Below, piece by piece: positions 26,685 to 38,147 of a DNA stretch of 64,000 nt (position 1 is its first letter; the number at the start of each line of letters is the position of its first letter). The translations under genes and the position numbers were made by a program. The notes under the pieces were generated by a model. The model did not search any database, was not told where the DNA came from, and saw only the letters and a list, made by a program, of their open reading frames with translations. This DNA is from Bilabrum cf. latius. Its lineage: Eukaryota. The stretch covers positions 62,001 through 126,000 of the forward strand of contig OZ237754.1 of NCBI GenBank assembly GCA_965178125.1, given 5' to 3'.

Positions 26685-28050
26685 TCATGATTCCATGGGA
26701 GCCTGCCCCTACCCCTGCCCGTGTCCCGCCGTCATGGCCTCGGCCTCATCTGCGTACCCCATGACCTCCGCCAGTCCCTGGAACTCCGCCTCCTCGTCAT
26801 CCTCCTCCTCTTCCCTTCGCCTCCGATCTGCAGCTTCCAGCGCCGCGCCGCTGTTTGCCCACCCCGAGTCGGCCTGCTGTGCCAGCTGCGCCAACAGCTC
26901 GGCCTCCTCTCCCGCCTCATCCACGTCGTCCTACCCATCCGCACCACTCCCACTCCCGCCCAGGCCCGGCCCCAGGCCCGGCTGCTCCTCGGGCAAGCCC
27001 AGGATCTCCCTTCGCCTCTAACGCAACTCCTCCTCTTCCTCCGAGCTGCGTTCTGGTGGCGCCGCACTTCCCTGCTGCCGGAACTTCGCCTCCAGCTCCC
27101 TGAGGTGCTCCATGTGGCCCCTCACCCTGCCCTTGCGCGCGAGTCGGCCCGCAGCTGCCATGGTCTGCTGGAAGGATTCCCGGGGAAACAGCTCGCGGGA
27201 CCACTCGGCGTACATGCCCATGATACGGGCCAAGTCGCTCGTCTGCGATTCGGTGGGTGCGCAACGGCAGCGGGGAATTGAGGGAGAACGGCGATGACAG
27301 GGTGAATGCTGGCGATCCCACAAGGCCTCAGATCAAATGAAACAAGAAGATGCATCGAACCATGCACGTAAGTGATGAACTCACCTCGTGCCCGGGCCCC
27401 TTGAGCCTGTGGCCCGATGGGCCAGACCGGCAGAGAGACCAGGCCCTGGCCTGGAGCCCGCCGAGCCCCTTGGACGAGACCATGTGCGTCTCTTTGAGCG
27501 TGCGCACCAGGCGCCTTCGAGCTGCCGCCTTAACGTTCACGTTTACGTTTACCTCCACGTCATCTTGGCCCTCTCCGTCCATCTGCTGCTGTCCGTCCTT
27601 CTATCCGGGGCCGCCTTGCTTCTCGGGTGTCGACGAGGAACCTTGCTGTCCTAATGGTCGCGCTGATCCTACGTCTACCTCTATGCGGTCTATTTGCGGC
27701 GTTGCTGTAATTGACGTCTTCTTTCGCTTCGTCGTGGACCGGCGCGCTTGGGCATCCACTGAAGAGCGGATCCGTCCCTGCTGCGCAGGGGCCTTCTATG
27801 AGGACCTTTGCTCATGTCGCCGAAGAACTTCCATTCTCATCTAGTCCGTAACTCGTTCTGGCATGTCATCTTCGTCATCATCTCTCTCAAAGGCCATTCT
27901 TGGCACAACAAAATCAAACTCTTCATCTGAATCATCACCAGGAATATCACCCGCTTTTGTATCTTCCTTAGCTTTCTTAGACTACCTTTCTGCATCAGTC
28001 TCCGTCTAACCTATGATTTCGTCATGATCATCAAAATCAGTCACCTCCAT
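26685..28050 (-). CDS. TIPIN: Tipin/Csm3/Swi3 replication fork protection protein
   Basis: complement(join(26685..27242,27385..28050)). Swi3 core LKETHMVSSKGL..LKGPGHETSDLARIMGMYAEWSRELFP. Eight in-frame TAG; TGA at 26685. Confidence 0.82.
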
Positions 28051-28207
28051 TACCTTAATCGACGTACACTGGCAGATATCCGAGCCGCGTTTGAATTCGC
28101 CGCAGCGGTTGCAACCGTGCGTTCAACTGCAACTCGCGGCACCAAGCCGCATCCACACAGCTAGTAGAAGAATTCGCAAACCAACTGTACACCAGCATGC
28201 ATGCACC

Positions 28208-29954
28208 TTAGTCATCATCATCGTCAAATAGCGAAGACACAACCCCGCCCATACCCCCCTTTGCCTCGATCAGGCCAGCCCCAGTGGCCGCCCTCGCCTC
28301 CCGCGCCCTCCGCAGAGCGAGCCACTCCTTCACCTGGGCGAGCGCAGCGCTCTCCTCCACCTCCTGGCCGCCCCCATCGGACCCTGCCCCTTCACCCTCA
28401 CTTCCACCCTCCTCCACGCCCCCTTGTTCCCTGGGATGCTCCGGCCTGTCCTCGATCGCGCGCACCACGGCCCCCCCCTCCCCCAGCGGCCTCAGGGCCT
28501 TCTCGAGCAACTTGATGGCGCCGCCCTCGCCCTCGCACGCGCTCTTCCACGCCTTGCTGCTCTTGCCACCGGAAACGACCCACGACAGAAGCTCGATCGC
28601 GTCCGCGTGCGCCTTTGCGTCCTCTGGTGTCCTGATGCCCAGCAGCAGCGCGCTCTCGGTCCATTTCTTGGCCTCGTCGCTCCTGCCCATACGACGGGCC
28701 GCCCTGGCCAGCATCAGCTGGTTCTTCTTCCAGCAGTTGGGCTCCACCCCTTCTGCCCGCAGAAAGCACCGCACCGCATCCGCATAGCTCGCCTCTGGTG
28801 GCGCCCTCACGCACGAGGCCAGGAACCATCGGAACCACCACGAGAACCCCGCCGCATCGTAGTAAAACGTGCCAAGGACGTGGAGTGCCGCCGCGTCCGA
28901 GGGGTCGATCTGCAGCGCCTGCTTCAGTCGATCCTCGGCCTCGAAGGAAGCGTCGATCCAGTCGCAAAAATTCATGTGCTCCCCCGCCGCCAGCAGCACC
29001 AGCCCGCACCACCGCTGGGCCAGCCGAGAGGTGGGGCTGGCTCTGACCGCTGCACGGGCTGCCTCCATCGCGTCGTCGAGGAGGGCTCGCTTGCGGGCGG
29101 GATCCAGGGGCTGGTAGGCGCGCGCTGCCTTGGGCGGCTGTCCCCATGGCCCCTGGGGGACGGCCAGGGGCTGCTGCATGGCCAGGCAGTAGGCTGCCCT
29201 GGCCCTGCGCCACAGGAGCTCAGGATCCACGCCCATGAACTGGGGAGTGCGGCGGGAGCTGCCAGGGGCGAGCCCAAGGGATGGACGGGCGGAGGCAGAG
29301 AAAGAGGAGGACGAGGAGGACAAGGAGGAGGGCGGGATGCCTGCGGGGGACAGCTTGCCGGCCTGCTCGGCGGCCGCGCGGCCCTCCCGCATGCGAGCAC
29401 CCGAGGGATTGGACAGCGACGAGACATAGCCTGCCGCTCCACTTCCGCCTGGCTGAGATCCTCCCGTGAGCTCCACGCACACATCGTACACGAGGGAGCG
29501 AGGGTATTGGCCCGGGTTCTCGTGCATATTATCTGCGCCAGTTCGAAGGACCGTCTTGGCTTGGACAAATGCGGCATACACACCTACGCAGAGCCTATGG
29601 TACAACATTGACGAGGGCACTTTACTTACCAATAAATCTTAAATCTTCAAACGGCACGCTCTCGCAGCTGGACTGGCCTGTACCTGCTGCAGCCAGCAAA
29701 CCAGCGAGGATCGTGCCCGTACCTGCCAACTGCGCCCACCTAGCCCACTAGTCGCGCTACCATCTGCGTTGATAGCAGTTACTACCTATGATTCCAGTGT
29801 CGAATCCGCCACGCAGACTTAGACTAGCTGCCAAACCATCACCCGACGCGATGTGCGCAACTGCAGGCCGCAGCATGCTCGACAACGAGCGGTGAATCCC
29901 GGCCCTCCCCAGCCCTCGAACGGCATATGTCCTTTGTAAGAGAAATTTTTGCAT
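28208..29954 (-). CDS. RMDN1: Regulator of microtubule dynamics (RMD1/RMDN-like) TPR protein
   Basis: complement(join(28208..29532,29630..29954)). PELLWRRARAAY, AQRWCG, ALQIDPSD..HVLG, PPEASYADA..FLRAE..PNCWKKNQLMLA. Two TAG in exon 1; ends DDDDD-TAA. Confidence 0.82.
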
Positions 29955-30138
29955 GGCGGCCTTGATGTGGATTCGAATCGCAAGGATATCTGCGGATCTC
30001 TGTCTCGTCATCACACACCAATCAGTGCACCTCGCGATCCATCCGCTCACGCAGACAAAAGCTTAAACCAATCGCAGCGAGTCTCGCGTTCGCGTAAGTG
30101 CTTCCTATTCTCAAGCTTGCGGGGCGGAGCTGCATCGA

Positions 30139-33100
30139 ATGTCTGCCAGTGGCAGCAAGGCCACCAGTGACAACAGCTCGTTGCGAGCACCGCTCCTTGT
30201 GGCAGATAGCAGATCGAATGAAGGACTCCACCCAAGCAGTCCCGGATCCAGTGAGACTAATGTACGTGAAAATGCAGTTGGCGAGCCTGGATAGGCTGGA
30301 AGCAGTGTCGTCAATCGGCGGGGGGCCAGTTCTGGCAAAGGTAGCCATCGGCTTGGGCGCGTCAGTGCGCACCATAACTCATCGTTTCGCGCAAGACCGG
30401 CCCCTGGCTGGGAGCCCGGTCTCTTGTCAGGCCATCCGGACCACCCGAAGCGGTCTGACCGCCAGTCCCCGGATGCTCGCCGCGGAAGCGTGCTGGCATC
30501 CAAGGACGACATCGCCGCTGCCACGCGCGCCCTCCCCGACGAGCACCGCACCCCGCCGCCCGGGTGGCCTTCACTCCCTGCCTTCGAGCTCGCATGCACC
30601 TTCGTGCAGGACGCCCTGGCGAAGCGAGACACGGAGTACAAGCACGACCGGGCCTCCCTCCGGGTGCGCGCCGCCTACCTGCACCCCGCCTGGCAGTGGA
30701 CCGTGTATCTCGCTGCCGTGGGGCACCTGGCCATGACTGCCTTCGAGCCAACGAGTCACAGGAGCCCCAGGGGTTCGGCTGCCCTGCACCATCACGGAGA
30801 CATCCGCACCGGCTGGATTGAGGCTGTGCTGCTGCTGCTGTATCTAGTGGACAACCTGCTGCAGGTGCGCTTCATGGGCCCAGTCCCCTTCCTGCGGTCC
30901 TGGCGGTCCATCGAGATCCCAGTTTGGATCCTGTGTGCCGCGGACGTGTTGCTGCGGACGGTGGGAGCATCTGACCTCCAGTTCTCCAGGCCTCTTCGGC
31001 CCTGGTTCTTCCTGGGCAGAGAGCCGGGCGTGCGGTTCCTCTTCTTCGCGGTGTTCCACGCCATTCCCGGGATGGTGCCTATCTTTGCGCTGCTGGGGCT
31101 GCTCGTGGCAGCGGGGGCGGCCCTGGGATCCACGGTGCTCTCGGCGGCAGCGATGCCCGGCCCCTTCGGCTCGCTTGCCTCCAACCTGACGAGCACTCCT
31201 CCTCACTGCTCCTCCTTCACCGGTGCCAAGGGGGGGTGTGACGACTACTTCTACTCGCCCGGATCCGGGGCGTACCAGCTGACCCTGCTGCTGAGCAAGA
31301 CGAGCTGGCCCGGTGTGATGATGCCGTTCTTCAGCCAGGCCCCGTGGACGGCTCTCTTCTTCGTGGGCTTCCTCCTCGTCGGGCACTTCTTCCTCCTGCG
31401 CGTGCTGCTTGCCACCGCCACCACGGATTTCAAGCGGTACTGCCAGACCGAGTTCAGGATCGGGCAGCGGAAGCAGCGGCTTGCCTTCGCCTCTGCGTTC
31501 CACCTGCTGTCGTACTGCGGGTACGTCAGCAGGGGCACGTGGGTCGAGATGGTGGGGAGGGTAAGGCCCGACGGGGGCCTGCCCCCGGGCGCTGCTCGCG
31601 CGCTCTTTATCGCGGCGGGGGGGCTGCACGGGCTGCTGGGCAGGTCTGGTTTCTTGGCAGCGTGCGAGCTGCTGGACCTGGAGGCGGCTCGCTTCGACGG
31701 CAAGCGCAGCGATAGCGATTCCGGGCCTCAAGCCGCACCGGACGGGAGCCACGGGCAGCTGAGGCTGGAGGGTGGCACGGGTGTTGCAGTTCAATAGCAG
31801 AGCCGATCCAGTGGACCCTAGGGCGCGGCAGACCGGGTATTTGTGTTTGCGTGCGTGGACGCTAGCACGCTCACTGGGCGTTGGCTGGCCCGGACCGCCG
31901 CACAGGGCGCGCTGCTGCTGCGGTCCACGGCCGCGCAGTGGACCGTGGGTTTCATGGTGGTGCTCGGCGTGGTGGTGGAGGTGCTGCAGACGCGAGCCAT
32001 AGGAGCGGCGGCTGTGGCTTCGAGGCACACCGTGCGGGAAGACTGGCACACTGTGCACGAGGTGACGCAGGGGTGGGTGCACGGGCTGTCTCTCTTTGTG
32101 ACCGTGTTCTTCGTGCTGGACGCGGTCTGCAAGGCCCTTTGCTTCGGGATCGAGCGGTACCTGAGGCAGCTGCAGGACAGAGTGGACCTCGCAGCCGCTC
32201 TGTGCTGCGGCGTGGCGGCCGTGATGGACCTCTCCGTGCGAGCCACCTCGAACAGGTTCGAAGAGCGAGGGGACGCCTCTCCCCCACACCTTGTGATGGC
32301 CTTCCGCGTGGCGATGCTGCTGCGGGTCACTCGATTCTTCCGGCTCGTGAGGTTTCTCAAGCCCTTCGAGACGCAGCTGAGCACGCTGGGCATCGTCGCT
32401 CCCCTGCTGGCGCTCATCGTGCAGGTGCTTGGGTGCGTGCTGTTCGCCTTCGCGGCCATCGGCATGGAGCTGTTCGACAGAGCGCTGGATCCGAGCACGC
32501 CCGGGATCACCGGCACTGCGTACGCCAACGGGAATCTGTTTCCCATCAACTTCAACGGGCTAGGTCGCGCTTTGGTGCTGCAATTCGAGCTGCTCATGGT
32601 GGGCAAGAGTCCCTTCTTCCTCGAGGCAGCCATGGCGGCAGAGGACTCGTGGTGGCCCGTGCTGTACTTTGGGGGGTTCTACGTGCTGGGCGTGCTGGTG
32701 CTGCTGTCAACCATGGTGGCGCTAATCATCCAGAGCTTCATGGCTCTCTTCTAGCAGCAAGCCAAGCGCAAGAGTGGGATGGTGCAGGCCTGGGAGCACG
32801 CCCTCTGCGAGGCGCAGGTGCAGATCTACTCGGACCCGGACAACAGGGATGCCTTCCCGCAACCCATCACCTGGCGCTTCGCCCGCCCGCTGCGCCTCAA
32901 GCAGCTGGAGGACGCTCTGTTCGGGGAGGGCCTGCTGGTGGACTTCGAGAGCAAGGGGCTCAGGGTGGTGGACGAGTTTGACGCGGCGGGGTATGCCAAG
33001 CAAGTGGCCATTGACTGCGGGGCGCTGCCCGCCACAGGGAGGCAGGCCTGGAGCACGCGAGGCAAATCGTCGCGCGGTAGACGGCAGGGTGCCAAGCGCA

Positions 33101-34782
33101 CAGAGAACAGCAGCGTAGTGGGCGGGGTTCGGCCCCACTCGCTGACTGAGTTCATGCGCTCTCCTTATGCAAGCCTGCTGCAGGACCCGGATGCTCTCAG
33201 CAAGGAGCAGGACATGCAGGCGCTGGAGGATGATTTGGGCCAGGCAGGCCAGGAAGGTGCCAAGGGTCATGGCGGCAGCATCAACGGCGGCTCGACTTCC
33301 AACAGCGGCAGTGCAGGGGCTGGGAAGGCGCCCCCTCCTCCCGCGCGCCGGCTGGCCCTGGCCCAGGTCGGTCTGCTGGCGCACTCTGTGGAGGATCTGG
33401 CCCAGGTTGGCAGCAAGACCCTCCGAAAGCTCGTATCTGCGGCCAAGACCAGCCTGGGCATGTTCGGGGAGGTCCGTTCCCGCGCCTCCTCGCAGGTTGA
33501 CCTCGCGTCATCCGGGAGCAGATAGGCGGGGAACAGATAGGCGGGGTAGGCAGGCAGCACCGCGGCGGCTGAAGCGAAGCAAGGCGGGAGCAATGGGCAG
33601 CAAGGGGTGGCGACCGTCGGGCAGTCAGATGCAGAGCGGGCGAGGCACGCAGCGGTGCTGGCCAGGGCCAGGAGGGCGCGGCAGCTGGCTCTGCAGAGGC
33701 CTTGGTACCACGCGCTGAACTGGAGCTGCGGGCTCGGGGGATGCTGCGGGGCCAGGCGCAGGTGCTGTCCGTGCGCGCAAGTGTGCTGGGACTCTAGCAT
33801 GTACGTGGCATGCGCCACGGCCCGCGGGGAGCCAGCTGTGCGGGAGGAGCTGGGGCTGTCGATCGGCAGCGATGCTGTGCGAGGCCGGGGAAGGGGCCAA
33901 GGGCAGCGAGGAGGTGGCAAGAATGTCCACGCATACGGTTTTGCCACTGCCTCCGGCTCGGGGCAGATGGCCCGAGAGGTCCCCGCGGATCTGCCCCACA
34001 TCAGCGCCCTGAATCGGGTCAAGGGCATGCGGCGAGCTGCACTTAGGATGAAAAATGGACTGGCCGCTTCGGGCCGGGCTCAGAGGCTTTGGGGGGTGCT
34101 GCGGGCTCGTCTCAGCGAGGCCCTTGAGCTGTACAGGGCTGCAAGACAGGCGGAGCGGGCGAGGGCCCGGGAGCTGTGGGCTTTGCTGCGGGAGAACCTT
34201 GACGAGGCGGTGGAGAGCTACTACCACACGAGGGTGCTGGGGGACGCGGGGCAAGGGCTCCACGGGCTCGGGAGCCCAGCGGCCAGCAGGGGGCGCAGCT
34301 TGCCAGCGGGGTCCGGGGTGGCGGGCTCGAGCTAGGCGTCATGGAGCGGTGGCGCGCATAGTGCTGCGCCTGGGGGCAGGAATGCGAGCCGACGGGCCAC
34401 TGTGGCCCCAGCAGGAAGTGGTGCGGGTCAGCGGAGGAGGTCAAGCTTCGGTCTGAGGCGGGGCACCAGCAGCAGCGGAGGGGGCGTCGAGCTGTCAGAG
34501 GATCCGGACGAGCGGCTGGCTCAGCTGGTGGGGCTCATGCAGGACCTCGCGCAGCAGCGGCGGACGGGATCTTCGGGTGGAGCTGGGGGGACACAGAGGC
34601 AGCGCCCTGGTGTAGGACAGGCGGGAGCTTCGCTTCCCGGTGGCACGGGTGTGGGCGGGATAGGCGGTGCTGCGGGTCTGGCGGACGTGCCCCATGTGAT
34701 CTTGCCGGCGTCCAGGAGAGAGCGGATGGCTCTGCTGGTGCACATGCTGGAGCATGAGGCACACGGGGCTGGTGGGAGGTGA
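30139..34782 (+). CDS. Two-pore channel (TPC)-like ion channel (~1,547 aa)
   Basis: Five same-frame track ORFs joined through eight TAG; TGA at 34780. N-terminal dileucine-like SLRAPLL; two 6-TM repeats with S4 segments FSRPLRP and LLRVTRFFRLVRFL; pore segments LLLSKTSWPGVMMP and NFNGLGRALVLQFELLMVGKS. Confidence 0.8.
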
Positions 34783-34955
34783 ATTGGGGTCGAGCTCATG
34801 CACGGAGCCCATGTGCGGCTTCGTGATCGATTCAGGTCTGCGCACGCTTATCATAGACAGGACTGTTGCAGTGAGGTGACTCTTGCATTCATTTGCATAC
34901 ATTTGCATATATTTGCATTCTTTCTGTATCACATGCACCATAACATCTCAGCAGC

Positions 34956-35036
34956 GCTCAAAGAAGTACTCAGGTCCCTCCACACTGGCAGTCAGGGCTC
35001 AAAGAAGTACTCAGGTCCCTCCACACTGGCAGTCAG
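34956..35036. repeat. 40-bp tandem duplication (period 41) over the COMMD2 stop codon and 3' flank
   Basis: GCTCAAAGAAGTACTCAGGTCCCTCCACACTGGCAGTCAG at 34956-34995 and 34997-35036. Confidence 0.95.
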
Positions 35037-35935
35037 CGCGCGTACCGGCTGAGCCGGTTGAAGTGCGCCCCTCGCAGCTCCGCCACGGCCTCTGTCAGCC
35101 TCTCCCTGACCCTGTTCAGCGTGGCGAAATCAGACGTCATGGGAAGGGACCAGAGCGCCGCACCGCTGCCGCTCGCTGCACCGCTCCCAACGGCTGACGC
35201 GCCTGCGGCTTGATCCACGGTCGCGCCACCAGCTGCCTGTGCGGAACTTTCTGTGGCCCCCTTTGCGTCCCCTGCCTTCACGTCGAGGCGCAGCAAGAAG
35301 GATGGCCGGATCTGCGGCATCTGCCCGCCGCCTGCAGCTCCGTCAGTTGCGTCTGGCAGCCGTCCTACACCGGGAAACGCCCTTTGCCTCGAGGCTACCT
35401 CCACGTCAAGTCTCCAATGCAAGCTTTGCGCCTCTGGCACGATTGATGCCGCCGTTGTTGAACTAGGGGCCCGCATATCGCCGGCTTTGGCAGCCTGCTT
35501 GGCAGCCGCACTTGCCGCGGCCGCGGCGGAGAGCCCAAGCGCCTGGCCACCCTTCACGGGCTCCGACTGCGCCTAATGTATTGCGCCAGGAATAAACCCT
35601 GCCAATTCGTCTTTTCGCGACTTGAAAGCATCTGCGGCCGCTGCTGCAGCCTCATCAGAAAAACCTGCGTGCTCAACAAGACTACTTCGCATGTCCGAAT
35701 CGCTTGCGCGCAGCCTAATGCTGTCCAAATATATCTTCGCAAAAGCCTCAACCGCATTGGATAGCGTCCCTTCATCGATGCCAGCCCTGGTAGCTGCTTT
35801 TGAGTACATTCCAGGTCGAGGGCCATCCAACAAGAAAGACGAAGCAATTAGGCCGCAGTCCCCGCACGCTTCAGCAGATGCTCGAATAGGTTGTAAATCG
35901 GTCCGAACCGCATCATCTAGTGTAATTTGAGGCAT
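35033..35935 (-). CDS. COMMD2: COMM domain-containing protein 2
   Basis: N-domain FLLDGPRPGMYSKAA..VEAF; COMM domain SLHWRLDVEVASR..QIRPSFLLRL..SDFATL..LTEAVAELRGAH. TAG at 35573; TGA at 35033. Confidence 0.85.
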
Positions 35936-36122
35936 TTGAAAGCGAGACTGGCACGTCGGGAGACGGGGGCCCCGATCCAGACTGCGGAACCACTGGCATC
36001 ATGCTGGCGCGGCGCCGAGATCAGGGTGCGCAAAACGAACTGAGTCTGCTTGCTTATATTCTGTGCTGCAGTGTCCATGCTATGGATACAATATTGCAAC
36101 GTGGTTACCCTTGAGTGCTGCT

Positions 36123-37298
36123 TCACGCGAGCTGCGACACGAGCGTGAAGACCCGGTTGGATCCGTCGTGCGAGCCGTCCGACGGCAGCACCCCGTTGCT
36201 GAAGCCGACCAGCTCGCCCTTGTTGTCCACAATGAACTGAGGTCGCTCCCTCCTACGGAAAGAGCCTTTCTTCCCGTCCGCGTACGTTACGGAGCACCAC
36301 GGCAGCGGGGCGGGGAAGGCCGTGTTCCAGTTGCGCCCGTCCTGGCTCCAGGTCACAAGGTAGTTGCAGCCGCAATGGAACACCGCGATGAACCGCCCCG
36401 TCACCGGGCCCTTGTACACGCCCGCGTCCTCGCACGAGGTGGGCACTCCCTCCATGGGCCCGGTCCCCACCCTCTCGTAGGGCCCTGCCCAGTGGTCTGC
36501 CCACGCCACCCCCGTGCGCATGGCGTTCGGGTCCGAGGACCCCCTCCCCTTGTACACGAGCAGCGCCGAGCCGTTGGGGAACACGTGGGCCGAAGGGTTC
36601 GTCACGAAGATGTCATCCCAGGCCCCGGCCGGCCCTGGCTCGAGGATGGGCGCGGGCCTGCGGGTCCAAGGACCAGAGGGCGAGGGCGAGGTTGCGAGAC
36701 CCACTCGCTGGGTCTTGGCGGCTGCGGGGAGCCCGCCCAATGCCCCTTCCAAGCTCTCGCTGCCCGAGCAGTTCTGCGGCTTGGCGCCTTGCAGCTGATT
36801 TCCCATGTAATAGAGCAGATAAGTCCCATCAGGAGCGCGCTGGATCGTGGGGTTGTGCTGTGTCAACGAGTCCCAGTACGATGCGTTTCGCGGCCCGAGG
36901 GCTATGCCTTGGGGAATGAACGGCTCCTGGAGAGACTTTGCGGTAGCATGCTGTACTCGCGAATTGGTGAGCCACGACGAGAGCGAGCAATGCTCGTCCA
37001 TGAGTGCCGAGTACATGTGGAACTCGCCGTCGTCTGACTGTACCACGCCCCCGCCCCAGTTGCTTGTCCCGTTGACGCAAAGACCTCCATTACCACAAGA
37101 TAGAGGCTGCAGATCAAGAGTTTGACAGGTCGTGCCGGAAAAAGGAGGCTCGCATTCGCACGAACCTTGCGAAGTGCAGTGCCCCAGGTAGCTGCAGTCC
37201 GCGTCAGAACCGCATTCGCCAGCAGTGGCAGTGTCCTGCATCGATTGCACGGATACCACGAAGGATAAGCAACAAACTGAGCAGACCAATGACCGCAT
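36123..37298 (-). CDS. Secreted beta-propeller glycoside hydrolase (GH43/GH117-like) with N-terminal EGF-like module
   Basis: Hydrophobic signal peptide; CGSDADCSYLGHC..CECEPPFSGTTC; SNWGG, HNPTI, YLLYYMG, RVGLATSPSPSGPW, TNPS, CED, RRERP. No TAG; TGA stop. Confidence 0.8.
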   Translation of the reverse strand: MRSLVCSVCCLSFVVSVQSMQDTATAGECGSDADCSYLGHCTSQGSCECEPPFSGTTCQTLDLQPLSCGNGGLCVNGTSNWGGGVVQSDDGEFHMYSALMDEHCSLSSWLTNSRVQHATAKSLQEPFIPQGIALGPRNASYWDSLTQHNPTIQRAPDGTYLLYYMGNQLQGAKPQNCSGSESLEGALGGLPAAAKTQRVGLATSPSPSGPWTRRPAPILEPGPAGAWDDIFVTNPSAHVFPNGSALLVYKGRGSSDPNAMRTGVAWADHWAGPYERVGTGPMEGVPTSCEDAGVYKGPVTGRFIAVFHCGCNYLVTWSQDGRNWNTAFPAPLPWCSVTYADGKKGSFRRRERPQFIVDNKGELVGFSNGVLPSDGSHDGSNRVFTLVSQLA

Positions 37299-38147
37299 TT
37301 TGTGCGTGGGCAGCGTGGCCAAGGCGCAGCGACTCGCGCGGGGTTGCACATTCGTGCAATAACTACTGGCACTGTGCTTGCCTCCGTTGTGTCGTCACTC
37401 CGTTGCGGACGAAAGTCCACCGTCATGGTCATGCTGTCTTTGCGCAGCACCCATTGTTCGGTTATGCTTGACCTTAAATCAGATTTCAGATAGATTTCAC
37501 TCTTGGCCAAGCCGTCCAAACAAGTCACGGGATATTTGCTTCGTCGTAGCACTATTTTTGATCTTTTCACCACGCAAATTCGATGTTGAACTGTTGTCTT
37601 TCGATCAAAGTGGCCCTGCAACCCGCGAACTACGCGCCCCCGATGGCCGCGACCGCCAGTGGTGGGCCCACTGGGTGGAGCAGCAGTTGGGCCAGCGTGT
37701 CCTCCACAGCCACGCGCTGCCGATGCTACCCTCTTGCTGTCCATCGTCTGTATGGCACCTATGTCACACCTATGTCACACCCCATCCCACCACATCCCAC
37801 CACATCCCACCACTCACGACCCGATAGGCGCGCTGCCCCGCGGCTGCTCGGCCACCTCCACAGTCACCCCGTAATGATGGAGCAATTTTGGCATAAACTG
37901 GTATGGCCTTGTTGCCCAAACCGATGGCGTAGAAGAAGATTTGGCCGTGCGTGAAGCTACCTGCCGCACCCAGCGCTCGTGACACGAGCTGTTCCTGTTG
38001 CACTGCCCAGCCTTGGCCACGTTCCAGACTGCAGCGCACTGCCGCACCCGTCGAGGAACTCCGCAGTAAATCCCATCTCTGACACCGACTTGGTGCTAGA
38101 AATCACAGTGTTGAGTCACTATGGCTTCTTTCTTTGTATATCCATAG

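Noticed and set aside
37755-37815. Short CACCTATGTCA and CCACATCCCA tandem repeats as telomeric or regulatory elements
   Set aside because: Only two to three copies; simple intergenic slippage repeats with no further support.
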